Assembly (NCBI GenBank): GCA_963773585.1
Contig: CAVZBR010000001.1
Span: forward strand, 703,882 to 767,881
Length of the DNA stretch: 64,000 bases
Reading direction: 5' to 3'
Origin: an uncultured Gammaproteobacteria bacterium
Lineage (GTDB): Bacteria > Pseudomonadota > Gammaproteobacteria > JASBUN01
Position numbers and translations under genes: made by a program. The notes under the pieces are model-generated. The model worked only from the letters and a program-made list of their open reading frames with translations. It did no database searches and had not been told where the DNA came from. This document shows positions 30,719 through 40,700 of this stretch, piece after piece (the first letter of the stretch is position 1; each line of letters starts with the position of its first letter).

Positions 30719-31837
30719 TCAGCCGACCGTGAGGTCCACCGGCGGCAACAGCTCGGGGTTGGTGACGAAGCGCTGAAATTGTTTCTTGTCCGTGGAATGC
30801 AGATAGGCGTCATCCGGGTCCAGTTCGCGTTTGCGCAACGCCTCCAGCAAGGCCTGATCCATGAGCTGCATACCCGCTTGACGCCCCGTCTGGATTACCG
30901 ATGGGATCTGATGCACTTTGCCGCTGTGGATCAGATTGGCGATTGCAGGCGTGTTGAACATGAGTTCAACCATGGCTTTGCGGCCTTTTCCGTCCGCGGT
31001 GCGCACCAGTTTCTGACTCAGGACCATTTGCAGATGTTGCCCGAGAAACACGGCGGCCTGGGATTTCTGTTCGGTCGGCATGGCATCGATGATGCGGTCC
31101 AGGGTCTTTGCAGCGGAGGAGGTGTGGAGTGTGCCGAGCACCAGGTGGCCCGTTTCCGCCGCCGTCATGGCCATGGAAATGGTTTCCGGATCCCGCAATT
31201 CCCCCACCAGGATGACGTCGGGATCCTCGCGCAGCGCGGCACGAAGGCCGTCGGCAAAACTCTTCACATGGGTGCCCACTTCCCGTTGCACGACCAGAGA
31301 CAGGTTGCTCTTGTGCACGAATTCGATCGGATCTTCCAGGGTGATGATGTTGAGGCGGCGGAAATGGTTGAGCAGGTCGATCATCGATGCAAGGGTCGTG
31401 GATTTGCCTGTGCCCGTGGCCCCCGTGACCAGAATCAGTCCCTGGTGCGCCTGGTGCAGGCGGCTGGTCACCGCGCTTGGCAGCCCGAGTTGGTCCAAGC
31501 CGGGAATCGTCGCCGGCACGGCCCGCAGGGTCGCGCCCAGGCCACTCACTTTTCGGTAAACATTGACCCGAAAGCGGCCGATTTCGTCGTCCTGATAGGA
31601 AAAATCGAGGTCGTGACCCGCGGCCAGCATCCGCTCGAGCGCCGGCGTGAGAAGCTCCTTGATCAGCGACTCGAGTTCGTCGGCGGACAAGTTGCGGTAG
31701 CGAATGGGCGCCAATTCGCCCATCAGTCGCAGCATCGGCGGCATGCCGACGGCGAAATGGATGTCCGAGCAGCCCTGCTCGCGTCCGAGTTTCAGGAAGG
31801 CGTTGATGCGACTCAAACCTGCAGCTCCCGCCGGCAC
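30719..31837 (-). CDS. PilT/PilU-family hexameric ATPase, second paralog
   Basis: 372 aa with Walker A GATGTGKST (PilU-like), ITLEDPIEF, REDPDVILVGELRD and GTLHTSSA. Start is GTG 31837 or TTG 31816; both overlap the kinase gene stop. Confidence 0.88.
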   Translation of the reverse strand: MPAGAAGLSRINAFLKLGREQGCSDIHFAVGMPPMLRLMGELAPIRYRNLSADELESLIKELLTPALERMLAAGHDLDFSYQDDEIGRFRVNVYRKVSGLGATLRAVPATIPGLDQLGLPSAVTSRLHQAHQGLILVTGATGTGKSTTLASMIDLLNHFRRLNIITLEDPIEFVHKSNLSLVVQREVGTHVKSFADGLRAALREDPDVILVGELRDPETISMAMTAAETGHLVLGTLHTSSAAKTLDRIIDAMPTEQKSQAAVFLGQHLQMVLSQKLVRTADGKGRKAMVELMFNTPAIANLIHSGKVHQIPSVIQTGRQAGMQLMDQALLEALRKRELDPDDAYLHSTDKKQFQRFVTNPELLPPVDLTVG

Positions 31838-34179
31838 ATCGCCAATTCTGCCGCCAGCTCGTCGAAATCCTGATAGCGGCGTTCGGGGTCTGCAGCCATG
31901 GCTTTGGCGATTACGCGCGCGAGCCGATCTGGAACATCGGGATTTCGTTCCTGCAGCGGCGTTGCGTTGCCCTCCACGTGTTGGAACAAAATCGCCATCG
32001 GATCGTCGCCGGTGTACGGCGGGCGGCCGGAAAACATTTCGTACATCATCACACCGAGACTGTAAACGTCGGTGCGGGAGTCGATGCCATGACCGCGCGC
32101 CTGTTCCGGCGCCATGTAAGTGGGCGTACCGACCAGCAGTCCCGTGCGCGTGAGACGCGCGTCGTTCTGGCTGGTGGCCGACGCCAGGCCGAAGTCCACC
32201 ACTTTGACCAGGTCGCGGTCGTCGATCAGAATGTTGGCGGGCTTCAGATCGCGATGTACGACTCCTGCGTGCTGCGCGGCCGCCATACCGTTGGCTACGG
32301 CGGCCGCCACGGTCAGCCCGCGTCGCAAGTCCATCGCTTTCTTCGGTGCCATTTCGTCAGCCAGGGAATGGCTCGGAAAGTATTCCATGGAAATGGCATA
32401 CGACTGTCCAACTGTGATCAGATCATAGATGCGGATCACGTTCGGATGGGTGATCTTGCGGGCGTAGCGCAGCTCCTGGGTGAAGCGGCGGATCACGTTG
32501 GCGTCGGAATAAACGTGGGGATGCAGGAATTTGAGAATGAACTGGTCGCTGACCACCGTGTCTTCGACCAGGACTACGACCCCGAAGCCGCCGCTTCCCA
32601 CTTGGCGCACCACCCGGTAACGATCGGCGAGCAGATCGCCGTCCCGCAACGAGGGCGCGTCGATGTACAGTTCGCGCTTAGCGTCGCTCGAGGCAAGGTC
32701 GAGCATGGGCCCCGACGCTGCCTGGGTAATGCCGCTGTGGCTGGTGGCACCGCTGTCCAAGCGCATTGCGATGGTCGCCATGGTTTCGTCCGCGAGCTGC
32801 TGCATGCGCGGGTCCGAGGCATCGATGACCTGCGTCAGTGCTTCGCGCACGGTGTGGGCTTGTTTGGCGTCGGTCAGTTGTCCCAGCGCGCGTATTGCTT
32901 CCTTGCGCACGTCGGGGTCGGCGTTGTTCTTCAATTCCGTCAGCAATGGCGCTACCGCATGATGATCGCCCAGACTCGCGAGGGCACGAATCGCAACCCG
33001 CGCCGTGCGGGGATCGCCGGACAGCAGACGTTCCAGGTGTGGCACGGCGCGTTCCTTGCCCAAGGCCGCCAAGGCGTCGGCGGCCCGTTCACGTACCCAC
33101 CAATCCTCGTCCTGGAGCGCTTCAACCAGGTAATCGAACGCCTTTTCGTGCCGAGAAGAATTCAGGATCTCCACAGCGGTGCGGCGCAGGAACTCGTCTT
33201 CATCGCGGATCAATTGCAGTACAGCGTCCAGTACCTTGGGACCGCCGATACTGCCCAGTGCATCCGCGGCCCGGACTTTCACCCACCAGTCCTTGTCCCG
33301 CAAAGCGTTGAGTAAATCCTTTACGGCGCGCTGATCGCCGACTTCGTTGAGGACTTCGACCGCGGCGCGGCGGATGTATTCGGATTCGTCCTGGAGGCTT
33401 TCGATCAAGTATTGCACGGTCTTGGCGTCGCGAATCTTGATCAGCGCCTCGATTGCTTTGGTTTGCACGGTCAAATCGGAATCCCGTAGGAGCGCGAAAA
33501 CCGGTTTCGCAGACACCGGCAATTGCAACGCCATCAGCGACTCCAGTGCCGTCAGCCGGACCTGTTTCGCCGGGTCCTGCAACATCTCGAACAAGGCGTC
33601 GCGGCTGGCCTCGGTACTGAAACGGCCGAGTATCTTCGCCATTCGCGCTCGAATCCCCGGGTCGTCGCTTTTCGCCCTGAGCGCTACATCCGCAATGTCC
33701 TGCAGCGATACGGTCTGGTCCAGCAGCTGATACAGGAACGGGCGCAAATTCGCAGGCACCGTGTTCAGCAGTGCCAGGATGGGGCGCGGGTGCAGATGCT
33801 TGCGGTGCGCCAGCAAGATGCTGGTAAGCGCTTTTTTCGAAACGTCGGGATCGTCATACAACGGGATCAACGCCGCGGGGTTCAGGCGCTCCGCGTGGCT
33901 GAGTACACCGACGACGCTGTCCACGAGGCGCGGGTCGTCACTTCGCAGTGCGTTTACGAAATGCGACAGGCTGCGGTCGTCGACGAAACCGATCAACAGG
34001 TTTTCGATCGTCGGGCTGGGGGCGGAAACGGCCATTGCGTCCAATAGGCGGGGTACCACGGAAGGTCCCACTTGGCGAAGCTTCAGCAACGCCTGACGCG
34101 CCTCGGGCGAATTCGGGCTGGCCGCACCGAGGATCGCCGCGATCGCCTTGTTGGCTTTATAGCTGTCCAGTAGACCCAT
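31813..34179 (-). CDS. Soluble Ser/Thr protein kinase with N-terminal HEAT (PBS-lyase type) repeats
   Basis: 788 aa with repeated ..VR..A..ALG.. HEAT units in roughly residues 150-470. C-terminal Hanks domain shows GSGGFGVV, ILKF, HRDLKPANILI, DFGLA and GTPTYMAPEQ. No TM helix. Confidence 0.9.
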   Translation of the reverse strand: MGLLDSYKANKAIAAILGAASPNSPEARQALLKLRQVGPSVVPRLLDAMAVSAPSPTIENLLIGFVDDRSLSHFVNALRSDDPRLVDSVVGVLSHAERLNPAALIPLYDDPDVSKKALTSILLAHRKHLHPRPILALLNTVPANLRPFLYQLLDQTVSLQDIADVALRAKSDDPGIRARMAKILGRFSTEASRDALFEMLQDPAKQVRLTALESLMALQLPVSAKPVFALLRDSDLTVQTKAIEALIKIRDAKTVQYLIESLQDESEYIRRAAVEVLNEVGDQRAVKDLLNALRDKDWWVKVRAADALGSIGGPKVLDAVLQLIRDEDEFLRRTAVEILNSSRHEKAFDYLVEALQDEDWWVRERAADALAALGKERAVPHLERLLSGDPRTARVAIRALASLGDHHAVAPLLTELKNNADPDVRKEAIRALGQLTDAKQAHTVREALTQVIDASDPRMQQLADETMATIAMRLDSGATSHSGITQAASGPMLDLASSDAKRELYIDAPSLRDGDLLADRYRVVRQVGSGGFGVVVLVEDTVVSDQFILKFLHPHVYSDANVIRRFTQELRYARKITHPNVIRIYDLITVGQSYAISMEYFPSHSLADEMAPKKAMDLRRGLTVAAAVANGMAAAQHAGVVHRDLKPANILIDDRDLVKVVDFGLASATSQNDARLTRTGLLVGTPTYMAPEQARGHGIDSRTDVYSLGVMMYEMFSGRPPYTGDDPMAILFQHVEGNATPLQERNPDVPDRLARVIAKAMAADPERRYQDFDELAAELAMCRRELQV

Positions 34180-34215
34180 GGCGCGCTGCTCGACGATCCG
34201 ATTATGGTGAGCGGA

Positions 34216-34698
34216 TCACTCGACCCCTTCGGATCCGAGATCGGTGGCGTGGATGATGTATGCCTTATTGACCAAGCATACTCTCTCGTCTTCCAGCCAC
34301 AGACGCACGAACCGCGTTTCAGGTAGATTGAGATAATCGATCAATCGCGAATGGTCGGGTGCCAGCGATTCGTTCACCCAGCCGGAGATCACCGAACCAT
34401 CCATCAGATACAGTCGGCACTCGAACGGATGAACGTCCCCTATCGGGGTTCCCGCCGGCTCGTCGTATTCCGCCCGGACGATCGCGGAGCGCTGATAGAA
34501 GCGCAATTCGTCGGGATCGTGGCGCTGCACGATCAGAAACGGCGCCACTTCGTTCAGTAATTCCGCAGGATCCTGCTCACCGGCGTGGGTGCGGCTCTGG
34601 GTATGGACAAACAGGGAGCCGCGTACCTGGCCTTCCGGGTGCACCCACAGCACCACGGGCCGGGTTTTCTTAGGTACTTTGAGGAATTCGCTGCTCAT
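34216..34698 (-). CDS. Hypothetical 160-aa protein with internal duplication, first gene of the kinase/ATPase string
   Basis: Coding-like ORF 36 nt upstream of the kinase gene. It has two similar halves (see findings). No family recognised. Confidence 0.6.
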   Translation of the reverse strand: MSSEFLKVPKKTRPVVLWVHPEGQVRGSLFVHTQSRTHAGEQDPAELLNEVAPFLIVQRHDPDELRFYQRSAIVRAEYDEPAGTPIGDVHPFECRLYLMDGSVISGWVNESLAPDHSRLIDYLNLPETRFVRLWLEDERVCLVNKAYIIHATDLGSEGVE

Positions 34699-34932
34699 AG
34701 GATGGCGCCCCTTGCCGTGAACCGTGCCCCAACGGCTCCTGCTGCCGCCGTCTGGACCTGTATATTTATCATAATTAGACTGCCCGCTTTATGGAAACCG
34801 AACCTCAAGCTTCGCCGCAACAGTTCGCTAACTTGATCTGAGCGATACAGAATTGGGCGCCACTGCACGCCGCCATCTGGCGTTTGCGGCACAATTCCTC
34901 GCTATACTTGTGAGAATCGAACCATTGAATGG

Positions 34933-35754
34933 ATGCAGGGAATGACGGAGCAGGCAGACGGTCATGGCGAAGCCACGCACAAAGGCCGAGTTCGCGACCT
35001 GAACGAAGACAGTTATGTCGCCGACCCGCAGCTGGGCCTGTGGATCGTCGCCGACGGCATGGGCGGCCACGAAAGTGGGGAGGTCGCCAGCCGCATTGCC
35101 GCGGATTTCATCCACGAACAGCTCAGTCATGGCGCGGGACTCCAGGAGGCCGCGGCGCGTGCCCACGACGTGGTCACGCTGGCGGCGCAGGAGGGTCTGG
35201 GCCAGCCGGGAATGGGATCGACCCTGGTGGCGTTACAGCTTCGCGACGCCCGGTACGAGGTGGTCTGGGTGGGCGACAGTCGGGCTTATTTGTGGCAGGA
35301 CGGTGGCTTGCGCCAATTGACCCGCGATCACTCGTTCGTACAAAAAATGCTCGACGAAGGACAGATCAGCAGCGCCGAAGCGGTCAATCATCCCTACCGC
35401 AACGTCATCACCCAGGCATTGGGTGTGGCAGACCTGGATCGGGTCGAGGTCGGGGCGGTGTCGGGGACACTATGTCAGGGCGAAGTAGTACTATTATGCA
35501 GCGACGGGCTGACCGGAGAAGTCTCTGAAGAAGAGATCGGCACCGTGCTGCATGGCGCGGACAATCTTCAGGTTGCGGCCCAAGCGCTGGTGGACTCGGC
35601 GCTTGAACACGGCGGGTCCGACAATATCACCGTCTTACTGGTGCCCGCTCCTGCCGATGCGCCGGCACAAGACCAGGGTGCGGCACAGGCACTGGCTGAG
35701 CCTACCTTGACCTTTGACCTTGAGGATCCGTCAGCGACAAATTCCAATCGCTGA
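34933..35754 (+). CDS. PP2C-family Ser/Thr protein phosphatase
   Basis: RDLNEDSY, ADGMGGHESGEVAS, CSDGLT and GGSDNITV motifs. Divergent from the kinase operon. Confidence 0.9.
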   Translation: MQGMTEQADGHGEATHKGRVRDLNEDSYVADPQLGLWIVADGMGGHESGEVASRIAADFIHEQLSHGAGLQEAAARAHDVVTLAAQEGLGQPGMGSTLVALQLRDARYEVVWVGDSRAYLWQDGGLRQLTRDHSFVQKMLDEGQISSAEAVNHPYRNVITQALGVADLDRVEVGAVSGTLCQGEVVLLCSDGLTGEVSEEEIGTVLHGADNLQVAAQALVDSALEHGGSDNITVLLVPAPADAPAQDQGAAQALAEPTLTFDLEDPSATNSNR

Positions 35755-35961
35755 TTTTTTTCGTTCCCCGCACGGCAGTGAGTTTTAACCGGGATTGCCG
35801 TCCTGGCGGGTATTTTTCCGGACTCCAGCCGCGGGTCGACCAAAGAACCCGGCCGTGTCTGTGGTTGGGACTCCCGCTCCAGCGTCTTATGCTGTAGCAA
35901 TGACGTACGCTCGAAATCGCTTTCGGTGCGCGCGTTCTTGTTATCGCCACGTATATAAATC

Positions 35962-37722
35962 ATGGGTTTAACCAAAATCTGCGACCCCGGCACTTGGCGC
36001 GTCGCTTGCTGTTGGGTCGTATTGCTGCTGTTCGTCGTTCCGACGGCGTGGGCGGCGACCGCATTGCAAGTGCAGATCGAGGGCGTCAAAGACGAGACGC
36101 TCGAAAACGTGCGTCAGCTGCTCAGCGTTGAGCAACACAAAAATGACGCCGATCTCACCCCCGCGCGCATCCGGCGCTTGCATGGGCAGGCCGAAAAGGA
36201 GATCAAACAGGCCCTGGAGCCGTTCGGCTACTACCAGGTGCAGGTCAATGATCAGCTGCAACAGACCGAAAAGGGCTGGCTCGCGCGTTATGTCATCAAG
36301 CCCGGGCCGCAGGTACGCATCGGCAAGTTGGACTTGGCGATCGAGGGCGATGCCCACGACGACCCGGCGTTCAAGAAGTTACTGCAGGATTTTCCCATCC
36401 GCAAAGGGGCGCCGCTGCTCCATCAACAGTACGAAAAGGCCAAGACCGCATTGTTGACCCTGGCCGCGGAACGCGGTTACTTCGACGCCAATTTGTCCAA
36501 GCATAACGTCGAGGTCGACATGCAAGCCTATACGGCGCGGGTCGAACTCGAGCTCGCCAGCGGATCGCGCTACCACTTCGGCCCGGTCAAGTTCGAACCC
36601 ACGGTGGTCGATGAGAAATTGCTCCGTCGCTTCGTTTCATTTCAGGAAGGCGAACCTTACCTGTCGCAAAAATTACTCGAGCTGCAGAGCGCGCTGATCG
36701 ACAGCGATTACTTTGAACGCGTGGAAGTCAGCCCTCAGCCGGGCGAGAGTTCCGGGTTGGCGGTGCCGGTGCATGTGACGCTGAAAGCGCGCCCGCGCAG
36801 CCGTTACAGCTTCGGCGTGGGTTATGGCACCGATACCGGCCCGCGCGGCAGCGTGGGTTTCGACCGCCGCTATGTCAATCGAAAAGGGCACCGTTTCAAA
36901 AGTCAGCTGCAGATTTCCCAGATCCGCAGCCAGGTAGGGGCGCGCTATGAGGTACCCGTGGGCGACCCTCGAACCGACCAGGTCTTCTTCCGTACCCAAT
37001 ACACGGATGAGGACACCAAGACCAGCACCAGCAAATCGTTTGAACTAGGGACCGGACTCGAGCAGCAGCTAGGGCTATGGCGGCAGGTATTTTCGCTGAC
37101 CTATCTCGACAGTGATTTCACGGTCGGCACGCAGCAAGGGCATACATCGTTGTTGATGCCCGGTGCCAGTTGGACGCGGTTGAAGACCAACGACCCACTA
37201 TATACCCGCAACGGTTCCCGGGTGGGCCTGGATCTCCGCGGCGCTTACGAAGGGGTCTTGTCGGACACCTCATTCGTCCAGGCACGTGTACACGGTAAGT
37301 GGATTCGTTCCATCGGTGACGATCGCATCATTGCGCGGGCCGAGGCGGGTACTACATGGGTCCAGGATTTCGATCTTTTACCGCCTTCAGTGCGTTTCTT
37401 CGCCGGCGGTGACCAGAGCGTGCGCGGGTTCGCCTATCAAGCCCTTGGTCCTAAGGACAGCGCGGGAAACGTGATCGGCGGCCGCCACCTGCTGGTAGGC
37501 AGCATCGAGTACGAGCATCGGATCAAAGAGAAATGGGCGGCCGCAGTATTCTACGATGCCGGAAATGCCATCAATCACTTCGGCGACGAATTGGAACACA
37601 GCGTAGGTGTCGGCGTGCACTGGCGCTCGCCCGTCGGGTGGGTGCGGGTCGATCTAGCCAAGCCACTGAGTGAGCCGGGCGCCGGCATCCGCTTGCACCT
37701 GACCATCGGACCCGACTTATGA
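35962..37722 (+). CDS. tamA: Translocation and assembly module outer-membrane subunit TamA (Omp85 family)
   Basis: 586 aa with a signal peptide, POTRA-like repeats and an Omp85 barrel (FFAGGDQSVRGF). ATGA overlap with tamB. Confidence 0.85.
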   Translation: MGLTKICDPGTWRVACCWVVLLLFVVPTAWAATALQVQIEGVKDETLENVRQLLSVEQHKNDADLTPARIRRLHGQAEKEIKQALEPFGYYQVQVNDQLQQTEKGWLARYVIKPGPQVRIGKLDLAIEGDAHDDPAFKKLLQDFPIRKGAPLLHQQYEKAKTALLTLAAERGYFDANLSKHNVEVDMQAYTARVELELASGSRYHFGPVKFEPTVVDEKLLRRFVSFQEGEPYLSQKLLELQSALIDSDYFERVEVSPQPGESSGLAVPVHVTLKARPRSRYSFGVGYGTDTGPRGSVGFDRRYVNRKGHRFKSQLQISQIRSQVGARYEVPVGDPRTDQVFFRTQYTDEDTKTSTSKSFELGTGLEQQLGLWRQVFSLTYLDSDFTVGTQQGHTSLLMPGASWTRLKTNDPLYTRNGSRVGLDLRGAYEGVLSDTSFVQARVHGKWIRSIGDDRIIARAEAGTTWVQDFDLLPPSVRFFAGGDQSVRGFAYQALGPKDSAGNVIGGRHLLVGSIEYEHRIKEKWAAAVFYDAGNAINHFGDELEHSVGVGVHWRSPVGWVRVDLAKPLSEPGAGIRLHLTIGPDL

Positions 37723-40700
37723 AGCGGGCATTGCGCGGGCTCGGATGGCTGTTCGCAGCATTGCTGTTGTTGCTGCTGGTCGCCATTGGCTACGTCGCCG
37801 GTACCCCTTCCGGGCTGCGTTGGGCGCTGGGCCAGGCCGAAAGCCGCATGGGTGATGCTCTGCAGATCGGCCAGGTCGACGGCTCCCTGTTGCGGGGCGT
37901 GCAATTGCAGGATCTGCGGTTTCACAGCGCCAATCTGACCTTGCAAATCGATCGATTCCAAGCCCGGTGGCAAGCGTTGTCCATGTTGCGCGGACTGCTC
38001 AAAGTGCAGTCGCTCCATGCCCAAGGCGTCCAGGTGCATACCGAGCCCGGCGATCAACAGCAAGCCAGTAAATTTCCGCCGCGATTCAGCACGCCGATCG
38101 GCGTTTCCTTGGCCAACGCCGTGATTGAAGATCTGAGTATCAGCCAGGCCGACCAGGACCCCCTCAAGCTCGAACGCATTGAGCTCGGCGCTACGTTTCA
38201 GGGTAATCGTTTGCGCCTCAGCCATCTCGCCGTGCAGGGTCCGACCGTGCAGCTGTCCGGCACGGGCGCGGCGCAACTCGGTGACGACTACACCGTGGAC
38301 CTGTCCGTGAAATGGGGATTGCAGGCTGATGGAGAACATTGGCGCGGCGCGGGCACCATAAAAGGCGATCGCGCCGACCTGCGTATACACCATCAACTGG
38401 ATGCTCCGCTGCAAGCGCAATTGCAGGCGCAACTGAAAGATGTGTTCGACAAGACCCGCTGGCAGGCGAAATTGGATATACGCCCGTTCGATGCCGATGC
38501 CTTGCTGCGCCAATTGCAGGCGCCGGCCGGGAATCAAGCGCCGCCAGCGGAGCCGCTCGGATTGGGTCAAGTGGAAATGCATGCGAACCTGCACGGCGAC
38601 CGGATCAAGGCGGTGCTCGACCCGTTGCTGGTCCACTTGCCCGAGGGCGATCGGGATGTACGGCTCGAAGGGAGCGTCAACGAGTGGCTGGACGCCAGCC
38701 GTACCGCGGACTTGACGTTGCGGTGGCGCAATTTGCAGTGGCCGTTGCAGCAGAGCCCGCAGGTGGCCAGCGCCACGGGTAGCGCCCGCTTGCGCGGTGG
38801 AATGGACGATTTTCTGCTGCGCCTGGACGCTGCGCTGTCCGTGCCGGGCATGCCCAATGCTCCGGCAAAGCTGCAACTCGACGGCGCACTGCGAAATAAC
38901 GGTCCGGACCTGCGCCTGGAGCAAGTCGCGGTACGCGAGGTCGGGGGCAGTGCCCGCATCCAGATACAGGGCCAGATCGATCAGTGGCGCAGTGCGTCTC
39001 CGCAGCTGGATGTCGCCGGAGCCTGGCAGCAATTGCAATGGCCGTTGCAAGGAACGCCACAGGCATCCAGTAACGAAGGCACTTTCAGTGTGCAGGGTGG
39101 GCTGGACGACTACCGTTTCCAAACCAAGCTTGAGCTGGCTGCACCGCAACTGCCGTCCAGCCACTGGCAGATCGACGGTGACGGCAAGCTCGGGCGGGTG
39201 CAGTTCCAGTCGATCGATGCCCAGCTTTTGGATGGTTCCATGACGGGGAGCGGCTCCGTTGCGTGGAAAGAGTCGTTGCAGTGGCAGTTTGCACTGCAGT
39301 TGCAGAACCTCAATCCCGGCACCATTGATCCGGCTTGGCCCGGGAAGCTCGGTGGCAGGGTGCAGGTCTCGGGGGCCGCGCCCCAGACCGGTCCTTCGCT
39401 GCAGTTGGCGCTGCAGCAAGTCCGGGGCACTTTGCGCCAGCGCAGTTTCGAAGCCGAGGCAAAAGTGGCGTTGGCTGAGCAGCGCTGGCGCGTCGAGCAG
39501 TTGCAGATCCGCTCCGGTGATGCGCGCCTCGATGTCCACGGCGACTACGGCGAACGGCTCGATCTGGCTTGGAATCTCGATGCCAATCAGCTGGCGGACC
39601 TGCTGCCGGGCGCCTCCGGTTCGCTGCATGCATCGGGCGCCGTGCAGGGCACCAGCCAAGCGCCGCGCATGGAGGCCAAGCTCAACGGCGAGGCGCTGCG
39701 ATACCAGGACTACAGTACGGCGTCGGTCAAAGGCACGGTGGCTGCCGGAATCGGTCCGCAGCAACCGCTTCGAATCGACCTGCAGGCGACGCAACTCAGT
39801 GCCGCCGGACAGGATGCCGAACGCTTGACGCTCACCGGTTCCGGCACCACAGCGCAGCACCAATTGGAATTGCAGATCCAACAGGCGGATGGTGCGGTGA
39901 AGCTGGTGCTCGCCGGGGGTTTGCAACCGCAATCGGTCTGGCGCGGCGAGCTGCGCACGCTGCGGTTGTCGACCGACAGGCTGGGCACTTGGCAGCTGCA
40001 GCAGGCCGCAGCTTTGACCTTGGCGGCCGATCACGCCGCGCTCGGTCGCACCTGCCTCCAACGCCAAGAGGGTGGCGTCTGCGTGGCAGGGCAATGGCAG
40101 GGCGCCGGCCCCTGGTCCGGCAAGTTCGAACTGCAGCAGTTGCCACTGGCGGCGTTGGCGCAGTTGATGCCGCAGGACATTCACATCACCGGCACAGTCG
40201 ACGGCAATGCCGAAGTAGCTTCCACCAACGGGTCGCTCTCGAAGGTGGACGGGCAGCTGCGCTTGAGTTCCGGCGCGGTGCGCTACAAGGCGGATGCCGA
40301 GCACGTGGTGGATGAATCCTTCGGCGGCGGTGTGCTGAACATCGGCCAGAAGGGTGAACAGTTGGTAGGAAATCTGCAGATCGATCTAGCCGGTAAGGAT
40401 CGCGTGGCAGGCGAGATGCGAGTTGGCATGCCCGGCGGGGGGGGCTGGAGCGCGAGCCGGATCGATGGTCACCTGAGTCTGCAGATGGCTCGCTGGGACA
40501 TCGTGGAAGTCTTCGTGCCCCAGGTCAGCGGCGTCGACGGCACCCTGCAAGGCCGGCTGACGCTTGCCGGTACAGTGGGCGAACCGCAAATTTCAGGCGA
40601 AGCCCGTTTGCGCGCCAATCAGGTCGAGTTGCCGCAGGCCGGCACAGTGCTAAAGGACGTGGATCTGCGGGTCGCGGACGCCGGTCGCGGTGCTTTGCAA

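Noticed and set aside
28827-35754. Type VI secretion regulatory module (PpkA/PppA/Fha)
   Set aside because: The kinase/phosphatase/FHA triad resembles the T6SS threonine-phosphorylation pathway. However, no tssA-M, hcp, vgrG or clpV genes are present, the kinase lacks the PpkA TM/vWA architecture, and the embedded ATPases are PilT-family. It is reported as a distinct system instead.
37575-40304. 909-aa ORF antisense to tamB, the longest unexplained ORF in the track
   Set aside because: It is fully embedded opposite a confidently identified TamB gene. Its product is low-complexity Leu/Gln/Arg-rich (LQLRLQ...), as expected when CTG/CAG-rich codons are read in reverse. No start context or recognisable domain. 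A shadow ORF of high-GC DNA.
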